From a virus (taxonomy: Duplodnaviria; Caudoviricetes), in the IMG/VR virus record IMGVR_UViG_3300032024_000036, positions 1-36,750 of that record: a DNA stretch of 36,750 nt; one strand, written 5' to 3'. Positions within the stretch are counted from its first letter, which is position 1. Every line of letters starts with the position of its first letter. A model generated the notes under the pieces. The model saw only the letters and a list, made by a program, of their open reading frames with translations, was not told the DNA's origin and searched no databases. Below, piece by piece: positions 35,553 through 36,750 of the stretch. Both the position numbers and the translations under genes were made by a program.

Positions 35553-36749
35553 CTAAACCTCCGTATATCTGGTTGTATTTTCATTCCAGTATAGTGGTAT
35601 GGTTACATTGTTACCAAACTGTCTGTCTTCAAGAATGCGTAACCAACGTGTATGGCTAGTTACTTCATCGAGATTTTCATCCTTATTACCCTCTAATCCC
35701 AACATTAGATTACATGATTGCATCATTGCCCTCGAACCAACAAATTGGTTACTATAAATAGTGCCCCCCATCTCATGTGGGCAATTTCCCAGCGAATGGA
35801 ATATACCCTTTTTATAGAACTTTTCACGAGAGTCCAGGGAAATTGTTCCTTCTGGTGCTTTTAAGTGACAAAACAAAAATACAACAATCTTTTTATCCTT
35901 CGCAATGGAGGATACATCTCTGGTAAATCCATTTAAGAAACTGTTTGCATCGGCTGCTGAAAGACCCGCTGTAAGATTAGTAATGGGATCAATAAAAACG
36001 GCTTTTACACCATCATTTGCAGCGTATATAATATCAGATTTCAATGTATCCCAGCCCATATGTTGGTATAAATCCAACATATAGAGCTTACCATCTAGTA
36101 ACTCCCCGGCCTTGTCATATTTTTCATAGTCAAATGGGATATCTGGATCATGGAATCTCCCACCTACCATTTTATTGGCCAGTAGTTTATATGTAAATTG
36201 TGTGTCTTCTTCAGGTTTTGCCACCATTACAGGTACATTATCTACTTCCATGTGGTGATATGCTTGCATGTTCAATAATTCAGATTTACCCATCTTAACC
36301 CCAGCGCCCTCATAGATCGTCTCTCCAAGTCTAATACCCCTGAGTAGTTTCTGCATTGTGGGGGCAAACCAAGTTAGTTCACCTGGTGGTGTTGGTTGTC
36401 TGAACTGGTAGTGCAGTTCTTTATTAGCGACTAGTAATCGGGTGTTCTTTGGGGGTTTTGCATTGTAAGCTAATGCTTTATATGCAGCCTTTCCTGCACC
36501 CAGAATCAAACAGTCATTGGCATCCTTTTCTGGTAATGTTACTGACAATGCTTTGGGGAAAATAAGCATCGCATCCATCACAGCCTTATGCCCAGGCTCA
36601 TCGTCGTCAAAGCATATAACGATCTCTTTAAAAAGAGAGGTTGCCTGTGATGCAATTTGCGACAGACTGCTATTTACTGAATTTGTACCATTAGGTAGCG
36701 AGATTACTGCTGGTGTGTATTTTTCATCCCCGTACATATCAAAGATAGC
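35553..36749 (-). CDS. Primase-helicase (TOPRIM + SF4), 5'-truncated
   Basis: CFDDDEPG and LPEKDAND TOPRIM motifs; Walker A GAGVKMGKSE, VFIDP, CHL; frame open to the window end. Confidence 0.9.
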   Translation of the reverse strand, partial: AIFDMYGDEKYTPAVISLPNGTNSVNSSLSQIASQATSLFKEIVICFDDDEPGHKAVMDAMLIFPKALSVTLPEKDANDCLILGAGKAAYKALAYNAKPPKNTRLLVANKELHYQFRQPTPPGELTWFAPTMQKLLRGIRLGETIYEGAGVKMGKSELLNMQAYHHMEVDNVPVMVAKPEEDTQFTYKLLANKMVGGRFHDPDIPFDYEKYDKAGELLDGKLYMLDLYQHMGWDTLKSDIIYAANDGVKAVFIDPITNLTAGLSAADANSFLNGFTRDVSSIAKDKKIVVFLFCHLKAPEGTISLDSREKFYKKGIFHSLGNCPHEMGGTIYSNQFVGSRAMMQSCNLMLGLEGNKDENLDEVTSHTRWLRILEDRQFGNNVTIPLYWNENTTRYTEV

Positions 36750-36750
36750 A

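Larger units (their letters stand above)
1..36750. mobile_element. Podovirus-like dsDNA bacteriophage genome segment (probably Zobellviridae-like), two convergent arms
   Basis: Order TerS-TerL-portal-scaffold-MCP-tail tube A/B-internal proteins-fibres on +; helicase-PolA-SSB-exonuclease-RNR on -. No tape measure, sheath or integrase seen. Family assignment rests on recalled similarity to PA11-like capsid/portal and was not searched. Confidence 0.93.

Overview
This window is most of the genome of a T7-supergroup-like, short-tailed dsDNA phage with two convergent arms that meet at a probable bidirectional terminator near 24.5 kb. The + arm (1-24510) is morphogenesis and lysis: a GC-rich tailspike-like gene truncated at the left edge, TerS, TerL, portal, scaffold, major capsid, a decoration protein, tail tubular A/B, internal virion proteins (one ending in an M15 peptidase), a lysozyme with a C-terminal hydrophobic tail, two tail fibres with a duplicated anchor, and two small membrane proteins. 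The - arm (24607-36750) is replication and nucleotide metabolism: primase-helicase (truncated), ECF sigma factor, family A DNA polymerase, SSB, 5'-3' exonuclease, HNH, dATP/dGTP diphosphohydrolase-like, DnaQ-like exonuclease, metallophosphoesterase, HD hydrolase, C5 methyltransferase, class II ribonucleotide reductase and a terminal holin-like gene. From memory, the capsid, portal and layout resemble Zobellviridae (PA11/CW02/cobavirus-like), and the GC-rich modules hint at an alphaproteobacterial host; neither was searched. The most unusual elements are: (i) an array of four hairpins between the portal region and the scaffold gene, including a C-GGA-G triloop hairpin and a loop complementary to the scaffold RBS; (ii) a three-member receptor-binding set with imported GC-rich modules and a 52-bp identical repeat; (iii) a split lysis system with a membrane-tailed lysozyme, a holin-like gene on the replication strand and no evident spanin. 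Several start codons were moved from the ORF track using RBS and overlap evidence.
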